Positions 1-11,519 of a stretch of DNA of 56,523 nt are shown piece by piece. This stretch comes from Mizuhopecten yessoensis (Eukaryota). The stretch spans positions 338,282 to 394,804 of the forward strand of contig NW_018408798.1 in NCBI RefSeq assembly GCF_002113885.1, read 5' to 3'. Within the stretch, counting starts at the first letter, position 1. Each line of letters begins with the position of its first letter. Below the pieces are notes generated by a model that saw nothing but the letters and a program-made list of their open reading frames with translations, did not search any database and was not told where the DNA came from. The position numbers and the translations under genes were made by a program.

Positions 1-62
1 TCCGCCACAAATCTCAAAAAACAGTTAAGTTATCCCCTAGTTATAAAATATCATCCTGTATA

Positions 63-560
63 AGAGATGTCAGTATAATAAGTGTCCTGTTTTTAGAGGT
101 GTCAGTTTAACAAATGTCCAGTTTATAGAGGTGTCAGTAAAACAAGTTTAGAGAGGTGTCCGTATAACAAGTGTCCTATTTTAAGAGGTGTCAGTATCAC
201 AGTGTCTAGTTCATAGAGGTGTCAGTGTAACAGGTGTCCTGTTTATAGAGATGCCAGTATAACAAGTGTAGTGTTTATCAAGGTGACACTATAGCAAGTG
301 TCCTGTTTATACATGTGGATATGTAAGTACAGGGATGGAATTTTAAAAAAGGGTGACTGGCCCAAAGGTCCAGTTGAAGTAAAACATTCTCTGGCCATGT
401 TTGAAGTGCACTGGTCCAGAAAACGAGGGAAGGAGGCAGATCGCTCTGCCTCCTATGGCGCTCATTAGTAGGGGGATCTGGGGGTATGTTATATAGGTGT
501 CAGTTTTACAAGTTCCTGGTTTGTAGAGGTTTCTGTTTAACAGTTTTCCTGCTTTGGTGA
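63..560. repeat. Degenerate 32-bp tandem repeat (agaggtgtcagtataacaagtgtcctgtttat), interrupted at about 311-490
   Basis: Units start at 63, 95 and 127; more diverged copies resume near 492. Confidence 0.8.
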
Positions 561-1086
561 TGTCAATATTTCAAATATTTTGTATATAATGGTGTGGTGC
601 GGAGATACCAGATACTAATTAAGTTTTACCTGAATTGGCTACTTTTTATACATAATACTTATTAATTCAGTTTTAATATCACCTTTCATTTGGTTATTAT
701 AAATAGATGTTACTTAATACGACTACAACAGGAAGTTATCATATATAGCTACAGCTATAAAGTGTCTAAAGATGGCTGCATTTATAAATTTCTAAACCAG
801 TCAGTCTGTTGACGATGTGAAAGCTGTCACCATCTACAACAATAAAATGATATTTCTGCGTCAGTAAGATTTTGATAAAGAACCCACCCACACCACAATC
901 ACTATTTCAAATGAAGAAGACGGGCCTGCATATAATTTTGTACAAATCACACATGTTTAGTAGAATGTAAAATGTTCGTCATATTGTGGAGCAACTCTAA
1001 GAAGTCCTATATTATTTCTAAGTCATTACTGTTAGGGTAGACAGCTCATCTTGGTCCTAGTGGCTGAAGCCATCACTGGAGGAACA

Positions 1087-1268
1087 CCAGTTCATCACAT
1101 ATATACTTCCCCAGAATGCTTGTACCCATTTCTGTAGCTGGGTATAGACAAAAGCTATCTATCAGAATATTATGTTATGCCAGTCCATCACATATATGCT
1201 TCCCCAGAATACTTTTACCCATTTCTATAGCTGGATATAGACATAAGCTATCTATCAGAATATTATGT
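1087..1268. repeat. Two-copy 93-bp tandem duplication
   Basis: ccagt(t/c)catcacatatat... starts at 1087 and again at 1180. Confidence 0.9.
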
Positions 1269-1466
1269 CCCAAAAGATATGGTTTATTTGTTGGATATCG
1301 GATTCCATCTTTCTGTCACCTAAACCACATCCTACCATAAATCTACTCTCTCCAGTCTCTGATGCCTAGTGTTACTTAGTAAGCCCTTTTTTCTCTAATA
1401 TTGTCAGTTACAAAATAGGAATGGTTACTGTATAGGAGGAGCAGCAGTTTAACCTTCGCCTTTTTT

Positions 1467-2991
1467 GATAATGAGGGTCTATATAACCCTGGATAATGAG
1501 GGCCTATATAACCCTGGATAATGAGGGCCTATATAACCCTGGATAATGAGGGCCTATATAACCCTGGATAATAAGTCCTATATAACCCTGGATAATGAGG
1601 GCCTATATAACCCTGGATAATGAGGGCCTATATAACCCTGGATAGTGAGGGTCTATATAACCCTGGATAATGAGGGCCTATTTAACCCTGGATAATAAGG
1701 GCCTATATAACCCTGGATGATGAGGGCCTATATAACCCTGGATAATGAAGGCCTATATAGCCCTGGATAATAAGGGCATATATAACCCTGGATAATGAGG
1801 ACCTATATAACCCTGGATAGTGAGGGCCTATATAACCCTGGATAGTGAGGGTCTATATAACCCTGGATAATGAGGGCCTATATAACCCTGGATAATGAAG
1901 GCCTATATAGCCCTGGATAATAAGGGCATATATAACCCTGGATAATGAGTACCTATAAAATCCTGGATAATTAGGGCCTATTTAAGCTTGGATAATGAGG
2001 GCCTATTTAACCCTGGATAATAAGGGCCTATATAACCCTGGATGATGAGGGCCTATATAACCCTGGATAATGAAGGCCTATATAGCCCTGGATAATAAGG
2101 GCATATATAACCCTGGATAATGAGGACCTATATAACCCTGGATAATGAGGGCCTATACAACCCTGGATAATGAGGGCCTGCCTATATAATCCTGGATATT
2201 GAGGATCTATACAACCCTGGATAATGATGGCCTATTTCACCTTGGATAATGAGGGCCTATTTAACCCTGGATAATGAGGGCCTATATAACCCTGGATAAT
2301 GAGGGCCTATTTAACCCTGGATAATGAAGGCCTATTTAACCCTGAATAATGAGGGCCTATTTAACCCTGGATAATGAGAGCCTATTTAACCCTGGATAAT
2401 GAGGGCCTATATAACCCTGGATAGTGAGGGCCTATATAACCCTGGATAGTAAGGGCCTATATAACCCTGGATAATGAGGGCCTATATAACCCTGGATAGT
2501 GAGGGCCTATATAACCCTGGATAGTAAGGGTCTATATAACCCTGGATAATGAGGGCCTATATAACCCTGGATAATGAGGGCCTATATAACCCTGGATAAT
2601 GAGGGCATATATAACCCTGGATAATGAGGACCTATAAAACCCTGGATAATTAGGGCCTATTTAAGCTTGGATAATGAGGGCCTATTTAACCCTGGATAAT
2701 AAGGGCCTATATAACCCTGGATGATGAGGGCCTATATAACCCTGGATAATGAAGGCCTATATAACCCTGGATAATAAGGGCCTATATAACCCTGGATAAT
2801 GAGGACCTATATAACCCTGGATAATGAGGGTCTATATAACCCTGGATAATGAGGGCCTATATAACCCTGGATATTGAGGGCCGATATAACCCTGGATAAT
2901 GAGGACCTATATAACCCTTGATAATGAGGGCCTATATAACCCTGGATAATGAGGGCCTATATAACCCTGGATAATGAGGGTCTATATAACC
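1467..2991. repeat. 25-bp minisatellite (ggataatgagggcctatataaccct), about 61 copies
   Basis: Units at 1491, 1516 and 1541; multi-unit variant blocks are re-duplicated. Confidence 0.98.
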
Positions 2992-3505
2992 TGACAGCGA
3001 GCATTAATAGACAATACACTTTATAAAGTCATTATAAGTGAAGTGGCAAAATCAAAACTTGGACAACGCAGATTTTACCAGTGAACCTGGGCTCAAGTGT
3101 TCCCAGTAAAGAGTATTTAGTTAACTATCTAAAAGGTTCAAATGATTAAGCTACTATCATAAAAATAAAAGTAAATAAGATAAATTACTTTTTGTTAAGA
3201 ATGAATAGAATGCCCACCTGCTACAACCCTAGCCTCAGTGGTGTATTGTGACAGGCTACTTGTACTCTTGGATATTAGTTTTTTCTCAGCTGTCCATACA
3301 GCCGTGGCTAATATAAATCTGTTCCTATGAAATAACTGCTTCAACTTCTTATTACTTCAATACTTGTTTCACCCTTAATAGCTTAGTAACGTACAAATCA
3401 TATCAATTGCACCAGATCAATCTGGTGGATTTCCATGGTTGCCTATACAACTATAAGTGTGCTGGATGTTATAGATGCAGGGTAGATGGATCAATGTATG
3501 CTTCA

Positions 3506-4310
3506 TAATACCTTGGCAAGGCTATACACGGCAGCCCCACTAATACCTTGGCAAGGCTATACACACCAGCCCCACATATACCTTGGCAAGGCTATACACA
3601 CCAGCCCCACATATACCTTGGCAAGGCTATACACGGTAGCCCCACTAATACCTTGGCAAGGCCATACACACCAGCCCCACTAATACCTTGGCAAGGCTAT
3701 ACACGGCAGCCCCACTTATACCTTGGAAAGGCTATACACACTAGCCCAACTTATACCTGGTCAAGGCTATACACGGCAGCCCCACTTATACCTGGTCAAG
3801 GCTATACACGACAGCCCCACTAATACCTTGGCAAGGCTATACACGGCAGCCCCACTTATACCTTGGTAATGCTATACACGACAGCCCCACTAATACCTTG
3901 GCAAGGCTATACACGGCAGCCCCACTTATACCTTGGCAAGGCTATACACACTAGCCCCACTTATACCTTGGCAAGGCTATACACGGCAGCCCCACTAATA
4001 CCTTGGCAAGGCTTTACACGGCAGCCCCACTTATACCTTGGCAAGGCTATACACACCAACCCCACTTATACCTTGGCAAGGCTATACACAGCAGACCCAC
4101 TAATACCTGGTCAAGGCTATACACACTAGCCCCACTTATACCTGGTCAAGGCTATACACGGCAGCCCCACTTATACCTGGTCAAGGCTATACACACCAGC
4201 CCCACATATACCTTGGCAAGGCTATACACACCAGCCCCACATATACCTTGGCAAGGCAATACACACCAGCCCCACTAATACCTTGGCAAGGCTTTACACG
4301 ACAGTCCCAC
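3506..4310. repeat. 35-bp minisatellite (taataccttggcaaggctatacacggcagccccac), about 23 copies
   Basis: Period 35; accounts for the four ORFs between 3486 and 4278. Confidence 0.98.
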
Positions 4311-4446
4311 CCAACCCCCTTTGTATTACACAGTTGGGCCTATATATTGTTGCTGAAATGTCAAAGGCATTCGATTCATTTTTAAAATAGAAAAATTCTC
4401 ATACTGACACTTTGATTAGATCAATCAATACTTCTCTCACATAACC

Positions 4447-4650
4447 ACAGAGGCAAAAGATCCATGTATTGACACAGGCTAAAGATCCACGTTACGACAC
4501 AGGCTAATAATCCGCGTAACGACACAGTTTAAAAGATCCATGTAACGACACAGGCTAAAGATCCACATAACGACAAAGGCTAAAGATCCATGTAACGACA
4601 CAGGCTAAAGATCCATGTTACGACACAGGCTAAAGATCCACGTAACGACA
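4447..4650. repeat. 25-bp minisatellite (aaagatccatgtaacgacacaggct), about 8 copies
   Basis: Units at 4456 and 4481; directly abuts the 82-bp array. Confidence 0.93.
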
Positions 4651-4652
4651 AA

Positions 4653-6716
4653 TGATATATCCTGATCACAGATGATCACTGTAGACAGGACGGTTGTTGA
4701 AGACAGTTATATAGTTCTATATGGAATGTTATTATGATATATCCTGATCACAGATGGTCACTGTAGACAGGACAGTTGTTGTAGACAGTTCTATAGTTCT
4801 ATATGGAATGTTATTATGATATATCCTGATCACAGATGGTCACTGTAGACAGGACAGTTGTTGTAGACAGTTATATAGTTCTATATGGAATGTTATTATG
4901 ATATATCCTGATCACAGATGGTCACTGTAGACAGGACAGTTGTTGTAGACAGTTATATAGTTCTATATGGAATGTTATTATGATATATCCTGATCACAGA
5001 TGGTCACTGTAGACAGGACAGTTGTTGTAGACAGTTATATAGTTCTATATGGAATGTTATTATGATATATCCTGATCACAGATGGTCACTGTAGACAGGA
5101 CAGTTGTTGTAGACAGTTATATAGTTCTATATGGAATGTTATTATGATATATCCTGATCACAGATGGTCACTGTAGACAGGACAGTTGTTGTAGACAGTT
5201 ATATAGTTCTATATGGAATGTTATTATGATATATCCTGATCACAGATGGTCACTGTAGACAGGACAGTTGTTGTAGACAGTTATATAGTTCTATATGGAA
5301 TGTTATTATGATATATCCTGATCACAGATGGTCACTGTAGACAGGACAGTTGTTGTAGACAGTTATATAGTTCTATATGGAATGTTATTATGATATATCC
5401 TGATCACAGATGGTCACTGTAGACAGGACAGTTGTTGTAGACAGTTATATAGTTCTATATGGAATGTTATTATGATATATCCTGATCACAGATGGTCACT
5501 GTAGACAGGACAGTTGTTGTAGACAGTTATATAGTTCTATATGGAATGTTATTATGATATATCCTGATCACAGATGGTCACTGTAGACAGGACAGTTGTT
5601 GTAGACAGTTATATAGTTCTATATGGAATGTTATTATGATATATCCTGATCACAGATGGTCACTGTAGACAGGACAGTTGTTGTAGACAGTTATATAGTT
5701 CTATATGGAATGTTATTATGATATATCCTGATCACAGATGGTCACTGTAGACAGGACAGTTGTTGTAGACAGTTATATAGTTCTATATGGAATGTTATTA
5801 TGATATATCCTGATCACAGATGGTCACTGTAGACAGGACAGTTGTTGTAGACAGTTATATAGTTCTATATGGAATGTTATTATGATATATCCTGATCACA
5901 GATGGTCACTGTAGACAGGACAGTTGTTGTAGACAGTTATATAGTTCTATATGGAATGTTATTATGATATATCCTGATCACAGATGGTCACTGTAGACAG
6001 GACAGTTGTTGTAGACAGTTATATAGTTCTATATGGAATGTTATTATGATATTTTCTGATCACAGATGGTCACTGTAGACAGGACAGTTGTTGTAGACAG
6101 TTCTATATTTTTATATGGCATGTTATTATGATATATCCTGATCACAGATGATCACTGTAGACAGGACAGTTGTTGTTGACAGTTATATAGTTCTATATGG
6201 CATGTTATTATGATATATCCTGATCACAGATGATCACTGTAGACAGGAATAGTTCTATATGGAATGTTATTATGATATTTTCTGATCACAGATGGTTACT
6301 GTAGACAGGACAGTTGTTGTAGACAGGTATATAGTTCTATATGGAATGTGATTATGATATATCCTGATCACAGATGGTCACTGTAGCCAGGACAGTTGTT
6401 GTAGACAGTTCTATATTTTTATATGGCATGTTAATATGATATATCCTGATCACAGATGATCACTGTAGACAGGAATAGTTCTATATGGAATGTTATTATG
6501 ATAAATGCTGATCACAGATGGTAACTGTAGACAGGACAGTTGTTGTAGACAGTTCTATAGTTCTATATGGAATGTTATTATGATAAATGCTGATCACAGA
6601 TGGTAACTGTAGACAGGACGGTTGTTGTAGACAGTTCTATAGTTCTATATGGAATGTTATTATGATATATCCTGATCACAGATGGTCACTGTAGACAGGA
6701 CTGTTGTTGTTGACAG
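4653..6716. repeat. 82-bp tandem repeat, about 25 copies, near-identical in the centre
   Basis: Unit tgatatatcctgatcacagatggtcactgtagacaggacagttgttgtagacagttatatagttctatatggaatgttatta, starting at 4653, 4735 and onward. Confidence 0.98.
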
Positions 6717-6904
6717 CTGGTATATAAAGCAGTTCTCATTGCACATAGCTTTGATATACAAATATCGAAGTTTATTAACACAATAAACAATATGTAAAGT
6801 TTGGATTCCATCCCAGCTAGTATGAGAAGTTTCCACATGGTAATTAATATCTGCTTGGTTATAATTTCTAATAACAATGATAAATTTTCAAATGATAAAG
6901 GTTT

Positions 6905-7415
6905 CCATAGTTCCCAAACAGTAAAACTTTCCATGGGGTAAAAGTTCCCAAACGGTAAAACTTTCCATGGGGTAAAAGTTCCCAAACGGTAAAACTTTCC
7001 ATGGGGTAAAAGTTCCCACAAGTAGAACTTTCCAGTGGGTAAAAGTTCCCACAAGTAAAACTTCTAACAAAGTAAAAGATCACATGTTATAAAACTACCC
7101 ACATAGTAAAACTTCTAACACAGTAAAAGATCACATGTTATAAAACTACCCACTTAGTAAAACTTCTAACACAGTAGAAGATCACATGTTATAAAACTAC
7201 CCACTAAGTAAAACTTCTAACACAGTAAAAGATCACATGTTATAAAACTACCCACTAAGTAAAACTTCTAACACAGTAAAAGATCACATGTTATAAAACT
7301 AACCACTTAGTAAAACTTCTAACACAGTAAAAGATCACATGTTATAAAACTACCCACATAGTAAAACTTCTAACACAGTAAAAGTTTTCATGTTAAGTAA
7401 AACTTCCCACACAGT
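6905..7415. repeat. Array built on a 17-bp monomer: 34-bp dimer period, then 51-bp trimer period
   Basis: gtaaaacttt at 6921 and 6955; gtaaaacttc at 7055 and 7106. Confidence 0.92.
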
Positions 7416-8409
7416 TGAAGTTCCCTCACGACAAATTTTTAAACATGTCATAATTGTATCATTTTGGAAAACATACTAACAATATAGATGTATATCACCT
7501 AGCAAGTATTAAATATTTAGATATAGTATCCTATATGTATATTTAGGGTTGATACAGTTCCATCAAAAATAGCACACATTTTTATGCTGGAGATGAAACT
7601 TTTAATTAGCACAAATGTTATTTTTGCTGCGGTTTATGTATCACAGTGTTATAAACTGGTACATAACAGAAGGGTTTAGACTTACATATGACGTCTCTAG
7701 GCAATAATAACTTGTGCTATATGATAGATCTGTACTTAAAATGTCGGTCACGTCAATTTTTAAAATAAATGTTTGCATTGTTCTTGCTAAAATTCTTAAG
7801 AAGTTATTAAATCGATAGAAATAGCTCTTGATGATAGATTTTGTGACATTAAGATATGTAATCAATAACCATGGAGCCTTATAGGTTTTATTTGCAGTAT
7901 TTTAAGTAGTATGTGTATCTACGTGTTGTTATCAACTCTGACTATTTATGAGTCTAATGAACTATTTATAGCATTATTTAAGATCAAATCGGCCCTTCTT
8001 CATTGTCAATAGTTTATTAGGTCACAAGATTTTGACGTTATTTCCATGGAACATCTCTTGGCAAAGTGTACATTGTATAATTGAAAGGTGTGGTTTTCAT
8101 AGGGAGCAGAGAGGTAAGGGCTCTCCAAGGGAAAGGGGACCAAAAACATTTCAACTTCATGTATTCTAACTGACAAAAGAACCCCACTCGCTGCAGCAAA
8201 GTTTACCTGTCTGTCTGTTTGCTTGTTGGTCCGCGGATAAAGACCTGTCCGAAAAAAACTTCTCGTAAACAAAAAAAAACAATTTCAACAAACGTTGTTT
8301 GCCCTAGCGGCCTCGGGCAAACACTTCCACAGGGCTTCCCCCTACCTCGGGATGATAGTTTTGACTGTTCCCCAAAAAGCCATGAAACAATTGTATAATG
8401 AAGTACCAG

Positions 8410-8790
8410 TCACCAGAACAAGTCTCAGCCATTATTTCATGTGCTTACAACTTCAGAATATAATATAATTGAAGTTGCTGTGTCAGTACCAGAATCGGAA
8501 CAGTATGACCTCTTTATGACAGTTGACCTTCATCTACTAATGACTTCTGACTATAGGTATATAATGTGAAGTTACTGTGTTGGTACCAAAATTGGAAAAG
8601 CATGACCTCCACTCGACCCTTGACCTTGACCTCAAGTAACAAAATACAGGTTTACAGAGCATATCTTAGCCTCTTCCTCTTGTAAAGACTTCAGACATGG
8701 TGTATAAGTTAATGTTTAGAAAGTAATGTGTTGAATACAAAAACGGGAAGACCGCAACCGCATTTGACCTTTGACCTTGGCATCAAGTAT
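8410..8790. mobile_element. Decayed interspersed repeat with about three TGACC(T)TGACCT-type subrepeats (possibly Helentron/HINE-associated)
   Basis: tgacctct..tgacctt near 8507, gacccttgaccttgacctc near 8614 and tttgacctttgaccttg near 8763. The family assignment is from recollection of bivalve repeats, not from a search. Confidence 0.35.
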
Positions 8791-8937
8791 CGACATACAG
8801 GTTTAACGAAGATAATATTTCGATCACTGTATATGTGTGGCCTTCACACTTGGAATATAGATACATAATTAGACGGCACTGTGTCATGAACCATCTGTCT
8901 GATGTTGTATAACATGTGTTACTGTGTGACTTTTCAG

Positions 8938-9059
8938 GACGAGAGGCAGTGCCGCCACCACCACCACCACCACTACCACCACCACCAGTCCACACAATGC
9001 TCACAACAAAACGTCCCAGACAACCTGTCAAAACTCAACACAGAACAACAAACTGGCAG
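8938..9059 (+). CDS. PDE4: PDE4 internal exon, probable LR1 linker between UCR1 and UCR2: (x)TRGSAATTTTTTTTTTSPHNAHNKTSQTTCQNSTQNNKLA
   Basis: Acceptor ttttcag ends at 8937 and donor CAG|GTAAGT starts at 9060. The 122-nt exon is open in the phase 2 to phase 1 frame, and its last G joins the AT of exon 23731 to give GAT (Asp). The peptide is low-complexity, so the call rests on splice signals and phase rather than homology. Confidence 0.75.
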
Positions 9060-9417
9060 GTAAGTGATGACAGGTTCCTTAGACTTAGGTCATACCCTGC
9101 TATGACATTTAAGCATCTTCTTTTCAGAAGAGTCTTTTTTTCTGTTGCTTAGAATCAAGTAGCATGTCCATCATAGATGCCTGACTCACACAGTCGTTAT
9201 GTTCACAACACCAACAGTGACAGGATCCCTGGCTAAGTCTGCTGGTGAAAAATTACAACATCCAGGCCTTTCCTCTTCTATTGGCAAAAATTTAGGATCA
9301 GTCCCTTGTACTGTTGGCAAATGAAAGGCTCAGTGCCTTGTACTGAAGACTAATTACAGAATTCTTGTCTTTTAAAATGGGCAAAATTATAGTGCCATGT
9401 CTTCTTCAAGCCACATG

Positions 9418-11290
9418 CTATCATTGGCAAATAATAGAATTAAAGTCTACTATCACTGGCAAATAATAGAATTCTAGTCTACTATCACTGCCAAATAATA
9501 GAATTCAAGTCTACTATCACTGGCAAATAATATAATTCAAGTCTACTATCACTGGCAAATAATAGAATTCAAGTCTACTATCACTGGCAAATAATAGAAT
9601 TCAAGTCTACTATCACTGGAAAATAATAGAATTAAAGTCTACTTTCACTGGCAAATAATAGAATTCAAGTCTACTATCACTGGCAAATAATATAATTAAA
9701 GTCTACTTTCACTGGCAAATAATAAAACTCAAATCTACTATCACTGGCAAATAATAGAATTCAAGTCTACTATCACTGACAAATAATAGAATTCAAGTCT
9801 GCTATCACTGGCAAATAATATAACTAAAGTCTACTTTCACTGGCAAATAATAAAACTCAAATCTACAATCACTGGCAAATAATAGAATTCGAGTCTACTA
9901 TCACTGGCAAATAATAGAACTCAAATCTACTATCACTGGCAAATAATAGAACTCAAGTCTACTATCACTGGCAAATAATAGAACTCAAATCTACTATCAC
10001 TGGCAAATAATAGAACTCAAATCTACTATCACTGACAAATAATAGAATTCAAGTCTACTATCATTGGCAAATAATAGAATTAAAGTCTACTATCACTGGC
10101 AAATTATAGAATTCAAGTCTACTATCACTGGCAAATAATAGAATTCAAGTCTACTATCACTGACAACTTACAGAATTCAAGTCTACTATCACTGGCAAAA
10201 AATAGAATTCAAGTCTACTATCACTGGCAAATAATAGAACTCAAGTCTAGTATCACTGGCAAATAATAGAACTCAAGTCTACTATCACTGGCAAATAATA
10301 GAATTCAAGTCTACTATCACTGACAATTTACATAATTCAAGTCTACTATCACTGGCTAATAATAGAGTTTAAGTCTACTATCACTGACAACTTACAGAAT
10401 TAAAGTCTACTATCACTGGCAAATAATAGAATTCAAGTCTACTATCACTGGCAAATAATAGAATTAAAGTCTGCTATCACTGGCAAATAATAGAATTCAA
10501 GTCTACTATCACTGGCAAATAATAGAACTCAATTCTACTATCACTGGCAAATAGTAGAACTGAAGTCTACTATCACTGGCAAATAATAGAATTCAAGTCT
10601 ACTATCATTGGCAAATAATAGAATTCAAGTCTACTATCACTGGCAAATTATAGAATTCAAGTCTACTATCACTGGCAAATAATAGAATTCAAGCCTACTA
10701 TCACTGGCAAATAATAGAATTCAAGTCTACTATCACTGGCAAATAATAAAATTTCAAGTCTACTATCAGTGGCAAGTAATAGAATTCAAGTCTACTATCA
10801 CTGGCAAATATTAGAATTCAAGTCTACTATCACTGGCAAATAATAGAATTCAAGTCTACTATCACCGGCAAATAATAGAATTCAAGTCTATTATCACTGG
10901 CAAATAATAAAATTCAAGTCTACTATCACTGGCAAATTACACAATTTGAGTCTGTTGTCACTGGCAAATTACAGAATTTGAGTCAGCTGTCGCTGGCAAA
11001 TTACAGAATTTGAGTCTGCTATCGCTGGCATATTACAGAATTCAAGTCTACTATTGCTGGCAAATTACAGAATTTGAGTGTGCTATCGCTGGCAACTTAC
11101 AGAATTTGAGTGTGCTATCGCTGGCAAATTACAGAATTTGAGTCTGCTATCGCTGGCAAATTACAGAATTTGAGTCTGCTATCGCTGGCAAATTACAGAA
11201 TTCAGGTCTACTATTGCTGGCAAATTACAGAATTTGAGTCTGCTGTCGCTGGCAAATTACAGAATTAAAGTCTGCTGTCGCTGGCAAATT
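9418..11290. repeat. 32-bp minisatellite (ctatcactggcaaataatagaattcaagtcta), about 58 copies, with a second variant after about 10930
   Basis: Period 32 throughout. Confidence 0.98.
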
Positions 11291-11519
11291 TCACACAATA
11301 ACCATTTTTTTGCTTCTTAAGTTCTTGGAGCTATATTTTCTGTCACTAGCAAATTACAACTTGTGTTGGTATTTCATGTTGTGATAAAATTGCAATATTC
11401 CAGATATTTGCTGAAGGTATTTATTCCTTGTATTGTCAAATGACCTGATTGGTTAAGCTGTATGAGAAGCTCATCAGCACCTTTGCTGTGATCAGCCATC
11501 ATCATACACTGTTTTATTG

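Noticed and set aside
1467-2991. Dozens of TATATAA motifs as a promoter array
   Set aside because: The motif is incidental to the repeat unit, with no other support.
3486-4278. Overlapping repetitive ORFs here and at 6686-7083, 11702-13960, 16984-17397, 45426-45677 and 52177-52631
   Set aside because: All are translations of tandem repeats in several frames.
1-8937. Upstream UCR1 exons of PDE4 (RRESFLY, VLASLRSVR-type motifs)
   Set aside because: Not found by eye or in the ORF track. They probably lie upstream of the window, though a short exon could have been missed.
8916-9152. Poly-proline ORF (and antisense poly-glycine ORF)
   Set aside because: Splice phase into the UCR2 exon requires the poly-threonine frame.
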